Shown one piece after another: positions 13,218 through 25,600 of a DNA stretch of 64,000 nucleotides. The stretch is taken from NCBI RefSeq assembly GCF_902652985.1, contig NC_047015.1, positions 42,594,001 to 42,658,000 on the forward strand, given 5' to 3'. Source of the stretch: Pecten maximus. Taxonomy: Eukaryota. The translations under genes were made by a program, and so were the position numbers. The notes under the pieces were generated by a model. It had not been told where the DNA came from. It searched no databases and saw only the letters and a program-made list of their open reading frames with translations. Position 1 is the first letter of the stretch. Every line of letters starts with the position of its first letter.

Positions 13218-16200
13218 GATATATATAAATTTATTCTCATATTTCATGTTTACATGAGCTCGTGTTTATAATTTCTTTTTCAAGACATGTAAACAAGTAT
13301 TATTTTTGTAATGGCCGTCAAATGTGTCCGTCCCGTCCGATGTTAATAAATATACCCATTATTGTAATTTCTTAATGCTTGTTTCATTCCATGTAAATAC
13401 TTTCGAATTCATAATGTCTATTTCAGCTTATGGGGATAGTTCTTTTTTCTTACAATGTTTGTTACATGAAAATACGACATTTTTGTTTAATGTTTGTCCC
13501 ATTTTATATGCGATTTTGCTCCTGTTTGTGTTATCCGTTGCATTCAGCCGCAACCAAAAGAAAGTAGCATGTGAATTTATGAACTATTCAACTCGGTACA
13601 TTAGATTAACAGATAATCCCATAAATCACACATTTGATGACAATCATTTGCCATACAGTGTAGTATTAATGCATACTAGCCAATATTGTGTTGCCTTTAG
13701 CCGAAAGCAAATAGACACATTGGCCTATCAAGCAATCAAAGTCCGATCATGCGTACTTTTATCTGGACATTCTAGCTGTGCTAAGATACTCGTAAGGTAA
13801 ATTATTGATGTCCAGTGACCTTGCCCTCTCATGCAATATCATCAATATGGTACAAAAGACACAAAATATCAGCACCTTTGAATACAGATTTGTATTTCGA
13901 TAATTCTTGTACGGTAAATCCAAACGTAAATTAGACTGCTTGTCATTCCTAATTGATCTAGCAGATACATGTACCAGGATAGCTACACAGATTGGTATTT
14001 TTAATTGGTAAAAAAACATATTACGATCAGAACGACACAAACGGATGAACTGCGCCGTATTCCATGCGGCACGTACATGTATATGTAGGAATGAACGAAG
14101 AATATTAATCTTAACACAGTAACAATATAGTTTATGATATGAAATACAACATCTTTGAATGATCCACGTTATACAAATAATATATAATAAATAAATACTT
14201 AAAAACAAAATGAATTTCGACAGGTGTTCACAGTCAATATAACTAATAAAATAAATGAAACTCGGGATTCTTGCTAAAATGTAACGGATTAAGATAATGT
14301 GTTATGGAAGGTAAACGTCTACTATATTGATTAAGTACCACACAGCTAATTTGTTCCTGTCGTCTTTCTAGGACTAGTCAATGGTAATACGAAACAAAGG
14401 TGTGAAATCCAGAGGGACGGGATGTCTGACAGCCCAAATTTTAATGCACCTTTATATCTTTTGTTTACTAATTTGTTAAAAAAGGGGGGAAAAAGATAAG
14501 AAAGACGAAATTGGATGACGCAGTTTTATATGCATATACATAATGTATCAATTAATTCATGTATTATTTCACTTGTTTGTAAACAATCCTATGTATGTTG
14601 ATTTTAGTTAAAGAATAGCTAAACTACCAATATCCCACACTTAACCGGGACGTTCCTGCTTTTGTTAGAGAAGCAAATATGTATTTACCTATCTGTATTG
14701 GTTGAGTGTAAGAGCGAGGTCCGAAGGACGTATGTTCTAGACGTCAACGTATTAACAGAGGGCCGATTTCTCACTTATGTAACGTAATTCACCCGTCATT
14801 GATGATAATACAGCGCATTGCGTCCGTCACGATGGATATGTTCCTGGAAACAGACATAAATCACTCATTTGTACTAATGTAGACACACGGGCATAGGGAT
14901 TGTAACTCTCGAAGTAAGATATTCGAACTTAGCGCTCAGATTTATTAATCTCACTCTTGGGTAGATATTTCGTTGTCTATATTACGCATGAGTTAGTTAT
15001 TACATACACCTAACTACTTGTGTTCGAAATAGGACGAAAAAAGCTCTATCAGACTTATGGGATCATGTCTGCAGCTCAATAGATATCAGGAAAGAAATTG
15101 TATCTCAGAAATATTAAAGATGTTGTTTTGAAGATTTCTACCACAGTAGATTGGTGATATTTAACTCCCAAGACATGAAATGAGCATTACAACTGTTGAA
15201 TAACAGTCAGTTTATTCCACGTTTATTTAACGCTTTTTGATTGGTTGATAAGATGACTTTTGACCAGGACCATTTTTTACGCACAAGTAGTTCAAAACGT
15301 TTAGGTTGTATAACACTTAAAGCCCGCTTCATGGGGTCGTGGAAATGATAACACGCAAACAGCAGTTCAACATTGCTTTTGTGTTAATTATTTTTATATA
15401 AATTTCTATTAAATTATCGCTTTGATAAATAATAACCTTGATAATTATTTCTAATAATTAACCGTAAATGTTAATGTCTGCAAATATTTCCGCAATTGTC
15501 AGCTGTGCATATTAATTAACGACATTTTATTTAAGGTCATATCTTTCTACTAACGTGATATTGTGAAAGAGCATACGATGAAACAGAACAGGTTAATTTG
15601 TTGTCATAATAGCTTTTCTGTTGTGGTAAAAACAGGTCACTCTTACTCGAGATTGTTATATACAGTATTTCTTTCATTCTCGTATGTTATTTCTCCAATG
15701 TTACAATAAACACTCGCTAAATGTGATGTTTCGTTTTTTGAAAAATAACTCAAGAGAAAGAAAAAAACATGTACAACAACCACTCGTTGTCTTGTGTCTA
15801 TACCTTTGGTGCATTATTGAGTTCTTTTACCCCATTTATTCAGATCGTGTCAGCCTGCTTCAATGACGTAAGTGGGTCATGATAAAGTAGTATTTATCCT
15901 CCTCTTCTGGCATTTGTGCAATTGTATTCCAATTTTGCATTTATCCCCAGTGTTCCTAAAACACGCACATATATTCTTATAACTATCCTTGACGTCTCAC
16001 AGTCTTCAAACCCTCTATAAACATGTAGCAATATTTTAAAAATGTCACTTAACATGGTGATTTGTACGGCACTTATCGTTAAGTTAGCCGTTTGAGCGGT
16101 AGATATTTAAGACAGGTATTCAATTTTATTTTATTCACGCCAACTAGTTCTTGTGCTTAACCCATGTGATCAACTCCATTGCCAACCCCTACTGGGAATG

Positions 16201-17835
16201 TTATGTAACTGGTGTGCAATATTTCAAATCCTATTACAGAGACATGTTAATACCAATCGTTCTGAAATGAAGAAATATACAATGCCTTTAGACACGTGAC
16301 ATTGGTCTGATAAATGGAACAAGCGTAGTCGCTTAACTTTATAAAACGACCAGATTTAATGGTGGCAAATCGTCAAGCGTCATTTAATGAACATAGCTAA
16401 GTGCCTTTTTGAGCATTTTCGTACCAAAAAAAGCAAAGTAGAGTTCCGATCAGTCACATTGTAATTGCTAAGGGTAGTTTAAGGAAATAACAACATCGGT
16501 GAATGACCTTCTATTTAGCCCATTATCAAATTGAACTATGTCATCAAAGAAATAATTCAGCATTCCTGAAGAGGAATGATCTATATTATTAGTTATCTTA
16601 AAGCATCTACTATTGACAAATTATTTCCTTTTGAATTGCCTGTGCTCAAACGTTTTAAATGCGGGATCCTCGACGAGCGGCTTGCACAGCTTTGGTTACT
16701 CATGGTTTTCCATTAGGTAAAGATGCGGTCTCAAACGTTTTCTACGGTGTTCATTATTTACAGCTACTCTTTAAAACGTTCCTTGTGTACAAACTTTCGT
16801 TATTTTCGTGGTTGCTATGTAATCACAAATATCATAATAACGAATACCGCTGGATATATATTTTTATATTGTTGAAAGGGCTAGTAACGAAATAATTTTA
16901 AAGCCCCAAACCACGAAAGAAAGTGCACACGAATATTTGCTCTTAACGTAACTCTTCCGAAATATTTATCTGAACTTCCATTGTATTGTTCCCTTCCAGA
17001 GTGTGCTGTGTGGCACTCCGTAGTGCTGATGTTTGTCCGTATTGACGCTGTTTACATTAACGGTTTGTGGTAATAACTGTTATTCCAGTTAGACAAAAGT
17101 TATTGACAAATCTGTATCACGTTGAATCCTTATCCCAATGTACTCTATCGTAGTATCGACGTACGTTGCTGTTTTAAATAATCACTTAAGTTTTAGATAA
17201 AACTGACTGTAAATGATACAACGTTTCTCTTCAAATTTTGTATATAGATATGGAAAAACTCGATAGTAGCTTACACGATTTTGAAGTAAACATTTTCCAC
17301 ATCCGGATATTGGTTTAACTGCGTAACGCTCACCTCCCACTAAGTAGCAATTCGTTTTGAGCAAAATGACAATGATTCATAATAAGTGTCTACATAAATT
17401 GTTATCAGAATTTAGATTCCAATTTACAGCCTCGGTTGAGTGTGTGCAAGTGAGAGATTGTATTAAACAGAAGCGCTGAAAATAGATGTTGGCAATCAAA
17501 ACTGCAACGTGTGTTAGGCTATCTCTCCAATTAAATCTTGTCTTATAGATATAATCTATATAATAGGAACGGTATTGGCGTGACAGGTTTAATTCAATCA
17601 GAGGCGGCTGATTGTGTAACTCTCTGATTCTGTTAGCCTCAGGTGTTAGCTGTCACTATATTTTAAATCTAATAATCTCGTTTCAACCGGTACTGCACAA
17701 TTTGCATGAAAGGTAGCACATGCTGAGTTTTAAGCCTCCAGCTTTAGGTGAAATGTTCAGATATCTTTATGGATTAACGTTAATAAACCTGGTGTATAAG
17801 TGTATAAGCAAATATATACATTAATTGCATTTTTG

Positions 17836-18175
17836 CATTTCACGAGTGCGACAGAATATCGATATTTTCACATATGAGTGAAATGTATGATATATTCAAC
17901 GGGTAACCATTCATTTTCATTTTTATTGCATTTCTATGCTAAAAAATAAAGCATCGAAAAATCAATAGTGTCAGTAAGTGCAGTAACATAATTAATGACG
18001 TCATCTCTCTGTTACGTTACTCCACGTATACACGACGGCCCCATTTTGAAAGTATTCTGCTGTTATCGGAGAATCAGTGCATGAAAAGCTAACGTCAAGT
18101 GAGTATTTTGTCAAAAACTAGTCTTAATATTTCAGAAGTATAGCAAAATATAAACGATGTGAATACAAAGGTTCG
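17836..18175 (+). mobile_element. Dispersed palindromic repeat, copy 2 (internally deleted)
   Basis: Shares blocks aaagcatcgaaaaat, tgctgttatcgga, gtgcatgaaaagctaacgtca, aaaactagtct.aatatttcagaa and gtgaatacaaa with 9650-9955, in the same order. Confidence 0.7.
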
Positions 18176-18433
18176 CAAAAAATCGCATATTAATAATAAA
18201 ACAAATCTACCAGCAACATGATGATCAGTTCTTCCAGATAATGAATTTGTATTAATAGAAAAGGCTATGGCCATCTTGCAATGACTCATTTGGTAGCTTT
18301 TCATAGCAAATTCATCCGTCATATTTTTGACTATTTAATGTTATATTTGCATATAATTGTCAGCTAATGTTATCTTTTTTGGCATTCAGAGTTGAAATGT
18401 ATTTGTTATGATTTCGGGGTTTGAAGAACATTA

Positions 18434-18650
18434 GTCCGCGGTGGCCGAGTGGTTAAGGTGTCCCGACACTTTAACACTAGCCCTTCACCTCTGGGTGCGA
18501 GCTCGAAACCTACGTGGGGCAGTTGCCAGGTACTGACCGTAGGCCGGTGGTTTTTCTCCGGGTACTCCGGCTTTCCTCCACCTCCAAAACATGGCACGTC
18601 CTTAAATGACCCTGGCTGTTAATAGGACGTTAAACAAAAACAAACCAAAA
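18434..18650 (+). mobile_element. tRNA-derived V-SINE, copy 1
   Basis: A box TGGCCGAGTGG, B-box variant GCTCGAAAC, V-domain core GGTTTTTCTCCGGGTACTCCGGCTTTCCTCCA and a CAAA-type tail. About 8 differences from the reverse complement of 40025-40256. Confidence 0.92.
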
Positions 18651-19319
18651 TCAACGTCGTAACCGTCCGATCTTGTCTCTTTTTACAATTAAATTTTGTT
18701 TAAGTGGGATTGTTTATTTCAACGGTACAGAAAATCCTGTTTTTTCTTGTAAATACTATAATCAAACTCTGTCGCTTTCTTGATTGATTATTCATTGACA
18801 TCATAATCGCGATATGTACGTGCGTGTCACTGACTAATATTACATGATTGTTGGCATTTGTGTGCTTAACAAACATGTTCTAGTCCAACGTATTCCAAGG
18901 AATTTTTTAGTGCTTTAAGTTAAAAAAAAAGTCTCTGAGGTCGATCATTGTCTGGTTCCTACTGACATTTTTCGACCTTCATCATTACATAGCGAAACCT
19001 ATTTTGAATAGGTTTGTAGCCGACCTTTCTGTAATGCAGATCGTTAGAAATTGTATACAAACAGTTCTAGAAAAAAGGTGTTGGAACTGCCAAATTTTAC
19101 AGGAACCTGCTCTTTATTGCCCTCATGTAAATATATTGTGTGGTGTTGCTGCTTTACAGATAGTGCCGAATTATCAGATGTAAGAAAAAGGAACAGGTCT
19201 ACACAGAGGGGATATACCTAAGGCTAACAGGTCTGGACATGGGGGTTAAGATCTGATCGCTGTTTGACTCTATGATAAGGTAATTACAACGTTGGCCCTT
19301 TGGTAGCGCTTTCCTACGG

Positions 19320-19360
19320 CGTCAAGACTTGAATGCATCGCACCTCACTCAGTAGTACGC
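19320..19360 (+). promoter_or_regulatory. Possible core promoter / initiator of the GPCR
   Basis: Inr-like TCAGT at 19349-19353 in a locally CpG-richer patch, with a CGTCA half-CRE at 19320. These are short motifs only. Confidence 0.2.
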
Positions 19361-20278
19361 TCCACCAGGCGTCGGGACATTTATCTATTGCATCGGATCA
19401 ATTCTATCGACGTGTCATTGCTAAAATGCCACATCTGATAGCTTTCTTCTGCGTCCGAATGTCACCATTTAGTCCAGTCTTAATAACACATTCACTTTCA
19501 TTCGGAAATTGCCGACTCTGTAAAAGATAGAATTTCGTGAACAGCTTTGCGCATTGCAGCAATGTAGGAAATAGGGATGTTGCGTAGAAAACCATTTGTC
19601 AATGGATTTCGTAACTGGACACTTTTATCGAAGGGGTAATAACTTTCTGGAAACCTAAATATATAAAATAAGCGGACTGTGAATATTCGTTTGCATTGGT
19701 TATTGGACTGTCGCAGGCGGGAGGTGATATTAGCCCTGTTTCTATCAATTGTGCTGCTTTGCCGGGAAGTGATCGATAAGTAATGTTTATAACTATCAAA
19801 GCAATACAGCATTGCTATCTATCTCCATTTAGGGACGTTAACAATTAATGACTCTATGTTCAGCATGTATCATTCAACTTTTCAAACATTCCGGTGAGTA
19901 AAGGACATCAAACCAGGCCATATTAGTGGTAGTTGGCATCGCGACACCGTGCACTGCTAGGAATAGACGTTTTACGACAGGTGTTGGATTCACATAGTCA
20001 CGATAAGGTTCCCTGTCGGTCTACTGACAGTAGCCTGATTTGACGAAGCGGATTGTTTTACATTGCGTTTGATCTTGGGATTAAGTAAGAGTACACCAGA
20101 AAATGTACCACCTGGCAGATTTCTGTGAAGTCGAGCCTATTGTTCGGGGAAGTTACCAAATATATATGTATGTAAACTCATAGATTGATAAATTCAACGA
20201 AACACATTAAACATTGAACGCGCCTTTACACAAACATTTCATTATTTTGATAAAATCAGCAGATATTTCGTATCAACT

Positions 20279-21028
20279 ATGGATGAAGATATTTTGACAC
20301 CTGATGCCTTCGGAAATGCTACACATTTTAATGAGAGTGACAATGGAACTGAGCTTATTCATTCTGAAATGGTGTCTACGGAGTGGGTGGTCTTTCTTTC
20401 TCTATTATATTCTCTTACTACACTACTATCAATTGTTGGTAACGTCCTAGTAGTAATCGTTTTTGCACGTGGAAGGAGATCACGGACAGACTTACGTCCG
20501 TTTCTCATAAATCTAGCGATGGCAGACTTAATTATGGCGGTTTTCTGTATGCCCTTTACATTTGGAGATACCATATATAAAAGCTGGTTGTTCTCGGAAC
20601 CAATGTGTCCAATTGTGTTGTTCATGCAAACGCTATCTGTGTCTGCTAGCGTGTTCATCAATGTAGCGGTCGGAGTTGACAGGTTTATTGTTGTCACCTT
20701 TCCTCTCTATTCCAAGGCGTCCCAGGCTCGTTCCAAGCAAGTCATTGTAGCCACCTGGATATTATCTATATGTATAGCATCAGCTGTTGTGCCATTCGCT
20801 CACACACAACGAATCAGAAATACCACAAGAATAAAATGTTCCGAGATTTGGCCATCGGTTCAAGTTCAAAGGTCGTATTCTGTGGCTCTCTTTGTCATCA
20901 TATACCTGTTACCTTTATTGGTTCTCTGTGTAGCTTACAGCATCGTGGGACTCGTGTTATGGAAAAGAACAACGCCTGGAAATCGGGATCAAATGAGAGA
21001 CATGTTACAACTGCGGTCCAAAATAAAG
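20279..21028 (+). CDS. Class A neuropeptide-type GPCR, coding exon 1 (N-terminus, TM1-TM5, most of ICL3; 250 codons)
   Basis: ATG at 20279. The N-terminus has N-glycosylation sequons NAT, NES and NGT. Motifs: TM1 'VGNVLV', TM2 'NLAMADL', TM3 Cys (PMCP) and 'VDRF' (DRY variant), TM4 Trp, ECL2 Cys (KCSEIW), TM5 'YLLP'. Donor AAG|GTAAGA follows ...RSKIK, phase 0. Confidence 0.96.
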
Positions 21029-22616
21029 GTAAGACAATGGATTGTATATCAGTAATTATGGCACATACTATCTTCAAGACAACTGTAATACATTTTCATC
21101 AATATTGATCTAAGCTTAACATATTGATAAAATCCTCACAGGAGGAAGGATCAAATGAACTTTGCCTGTGTTTTAGTGCAGAAATGTTTTTAACTATTGT
21201 TATTGCAATTTTAAGGCGTAATGCGATTGAATAAGCAGAAATTGTATCTACCTGTAGCATATACGTGTCAATAATGCAATACACGTTTTGCTGGTAAACC
21301 CTATATCATTCGTTGATGGCATTTAAATTCTGTCTCGGACACTTAACGATATAATTAAGCGCAAAGTATTGCGGCTGTACTTGAATGTCTTCGACAGTAT
21401 TACAGTATAAAGAATGTACGGTTTCCTATTCATCCAGTAAGGTTTCATTGGAAGTGGTAAGTTTCTGGCAAAGCGATCGGATTCCTCTATTTGAACGAAA
21501 AAGAAAACATTCAAAGGATTGAGTGTTTTGAAATTTGATTTATTTTCAAGATTTTGTTCACTAAAAGCTTATCGGGAATCAGTATTTGATAAGCTGTTGA
21601 AAATATGCAATACCTCACAGTTAAACAAAATATGTCCAACATGTAACCATATCGGACATGATTACGCATACTTCAATCGCTCGATTAAAATTCATTTTGA
21701 TTATAACAAGAGTCAAGAGATAATTTAGATACCACAACAAACCATAAACATCAACATGAGTTTATGGATAACAATCAGATTCCGTTTGAAAATGTATTTT
21801 CTATTCCAGCCGGAACCATGTCCTTATAAATCCTACTTTAATGTTCCCACGTGTACAGTGCGAGGAAGCACGGTCCGCCACGTAGTTATTGCTAGTTGAA
21901 TGTGATAAAATACTTAAATGTAGCACCGACCATTACGAAGCGTGTATGCTATTTATCAGGGCTGAGTCGGGATATAGCTACGCTTCAAAATATGGAAATA
22001 AAATACATACTTACTTTTTTATAATATTAAAAGCATTTGCTTTATCTTAGATAGATGATTAATAATAACTTTCAGAAAATGTGATGACGATTCAAAGATA
22101 ACGTCATATGCTCTAGGGGTTAATTTAACTTATCATTTTTGTCCGTAAACTCTTTTGATCAATCCATAAATATTTTCAGAACAATACATTCTTTGGATTT
22201 TGCATCCCAATATCTCACATAGTACAAGCGTTTCGGAGACGGGGGACCAATTTCAGACTAATTCAAACATTCTAAGATGATATGAAGACCAACTGAGGCC
22301 TCTCTTCCGATTTCGCATTGTGATGTGGTTTTAACGCGTGTAGAAGAGGTGTCGGTAGCGACCATTATAATATTTATGAGCTAAAGATATTCGTGTTACA
22401 TGTAATGTCAATGTCTTGTTATGTCTTGTAAACGAAGAATACATTAGTCGTCACGAGAAAGACAAACAACCCCGGCGCCATAAAGAATTTAAATTAATTC
22501 CCGTTTATTTTGTCTTCCCAAAAGCGAACTCACCGTGAACACACCTGATACCTCAAATAAGGAGACGTCGAATCGATCAGGAAATCTACTACTTCTATTT
22601 AAAATTATGGGAGTAC

Positions 22617-22647
22617 ATTATGTTCATATTATGTTCATATTATGTTC
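22617..22647. repeat. Short tandem repeat, 11-bp unit (atattatgttc) x~3
   Basis: Directly visible. Confidence 0.8.
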
Positions 22648-25600
22648 GTATTTATTTAAATAAATTAATGACTGCCGTATTTTAGAGTTAATGTGAGATA
22701 CAAAAATAAGAAGATTAACTTACAATATATAATAAAAATAATAGACTTTATTTTTCTAGGATAAAAAAAGATGTTTAGCCAGAGGCTAATCTTCAACATG
22801 GTCCTCAGGTTATTGGGTTAGATATGACATATTAATACATGCACTATAGATATATATCATAAACATTCTTACCAATCAAATAGAAGCTTTGCACCAAAGT
22901 TACATAAATATCGTTATGCTATCGACATATTTTAAAGTAATATCGCAGCTTTACTGATGGAGATTTATCACAGAATGCATAAAAAAGTTTCATACAAAAT
23001 TGTTTTCGTCAGGTAAATGACTTGAGCACAATATACATACATGCTAACATAAGCATAAGCATTTACATAGTTATACGCTAATATAGCATAATCTAAAAAT
23101 ATGTTGTTTTCTATCACAAGTTAATCAAAACATAAAAAAATGGTTTCTTGTGAGTGTACTACATACATGACCCTGGGAACAGTTGTCAAGTGAAATTCTA
23201 AGAAATTAATGTACAAATATGTTTTCGTTTAAATGTGGTGAAATTGTCTATTTTATTTAGGTCACTGGGCAAAACATTCCATTCATTTATGCTGTTTACA
23301 AGGAAATGTCTGGAATAAAAAAAACAGTTCTATGTTTTAGCACTTGGACATTTTCTTCAGTAGCATATATTGTAGTCCTAGCATATCTTGTAGTTATATG
23401 CAAGTATGTTACTACAAAGGAAATGAAAATTGGTTTCGGAATCATGGATAAATTAGTATGCTGAAATACTGTTTCCAAATATAGACGTTGCTAACGGTTC
23501 TTGAAGGAATATGATCCGAGGCAGCTCCAAACCTACGCGAATGCAATGAATTCTTCTCAACCGAATATGTATCATTGATTCATTTTTATTGCAACCGCCA
23601 CTGAAGCTATAGTACAAACGCCGATACTTGTACGAAAGTATGGATAGAAATCATACCACACCTACAGGATAATGAAATATCGAGATTTGACATTTTGACA
23701 AAATGGACCAAACAGGTAGTGATTTAATTGAAGTTTCTACTGTAACTGATATTCTTGTATTCGCTAAGATGGTGTGGCAAAGCAGTGTACGATCGATACA
23801 TTGAAAATATGCACAACCGAATGATATTACATCAACAAGTGTTCACAGGCTGGGAACTCTCACCAACATAAATGATTTAAAAGTAAAAAAAAGATTTTTT
23901 TTTCAAAAAGACTCTTTGATTTAATTTCGTGAATGATAGAACATGTTCGTAAATAATAAAAAGCAAACGTATACGAATTCTAACGCGTAGAAAAACCAAA
24001 CAATATTGGAGTATTAAGATGTTATTAAAAAGAGGACTCACTAAAGCCAAACGACATACATTGTATGTACAAGTCAAAGTAGAGGTGACGTCCTACAAAG
24101 ACAGAATACCAAGGAGGAGATGGCAGTTCAAAAAGGACAAAAAGAAAAGAAAAGACATCAAACCAAACAGACATATAAACAGACATATAAAACGTTGGAA
24201 CAAACATTAACTATGAAAGAAATTCAGTGCAGACGGCTTTTGTCTCAAAATTGTTGAAAAGCAGTTTTTTATGAGCCATAATGTCTTTCCGCAGGGATAT
24301 TTGTTTCCAGCGACTAGACTAAAGTTATCGAAATGAAAAACTTGCCAAGAATAAGGTGTCATTTATCTTAAGATCAACTGGTTTCAATCACACTCCATGT
24401 CTGGGCTGCGAGATTAATGTTTATTTAGTAGGCGACGTTGGTGCTAATATTGATATTGTGAAATATTGAATTTTGGACAATATTTGTAATGTCATATTTT
24501 ATAGCTTCTTAAAGTTGCTTGAATTTCTAATACTAAAGGTTAACACTCAGTATATGGTATGAGATATACGTTTACAATGTGATATCGGATGTGTTTTCAG
24601 AGTACCACATGTGTTTGCAATGTAATACCTTATTCGAATACGTGTTATAAGCAATAGCATTGATAACTCGATAGTTATTTTAAACGTTAGCATGGCTTAC
24701 TAATATATAATGGTGAAATGATAATTATTTAGTTGTTTTAGGTAGGATTGAATATCATCCACTGAAGCAATGTAATATAAGATAATCATAATTTTGGAAA
24801 ACTAAGGTACAATATAAGGTATAAGATAAGCATTATCTATTGGCATTTCGGTGTAGCCATTAATAAATATAACCTTTTTGAATATTCAATGAGCTGAATT
24901 TGAGTTAATGAAAGAAGCCTTACCAAGTTATATTTAAATACAAGTGAGCATTACCTGAAATAATTAACCAATAAAGTAAGCAATTAGCAATTTAGACAGA
25001 TAGATTGATGCAGGTTAAACGTTGATGTATGGGACTGTATTGTGTACAAGTCCTAACAACAGTCCTGTTTGTTTCATTTGCATTGTATTTTATTTGATAT
25101 TGGTTCGGTTGGAAGGCCTGTTTAATATAATTACAAGTTGTTATAATTGATAATCGTTCAGCAGAACTCTCTTGGGAGAGATACATTTTATTGTCCGGAC
25201 ACATCGACACCATAGAGGAACTAGAATCATCATTAATGCATGTCTCTGGATGACTACCACAAAAACTGGACATAGACCAGTGTAACGTCAATGTTATAGT
25301 AGTCGATTTGGTATTCTTACCACAAATTTAGAGTGAAAACAAAAACACACTCTATTGCAGATCCAATGTCCATGGAACTGTACGTTTGGTATAATGATCA
25401 AACGTAAAATGATTTTGTTTGCTTGTCGTGATTGATATGTTAGGACTATATTCCCAATCACTCAGACACTTTAATTCATTTACCAGCGTCATTGACCTTA
25501 CACAGCAGCAATAGGTTTACTCTTTTATTGACAAAACTATACCTCTGACGCCATGTGCAATACACAGCTCCTATCGGGATAATGATTCACGACACTTTAC

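Noticed and set aside
13324-14208. 158-aa (+) and 149-aa (-) ORFs
   Set aside because: No recognisable domain, composition typical of random AT-rich DNA, and non-ATG starts.
18434-18520. tRNA gene (also the heads at ~40170-40256 and ~61130-61205)
   Set aside because: The A/B boxes continue into SINE core and tail sequence, and one copy has a TSD; no complete cloverleaf is evident.
20359-21108. Antisense and alternate-frame ORFs over exon 1
   Set aside because: Shadows of the GPCR coding sequence.
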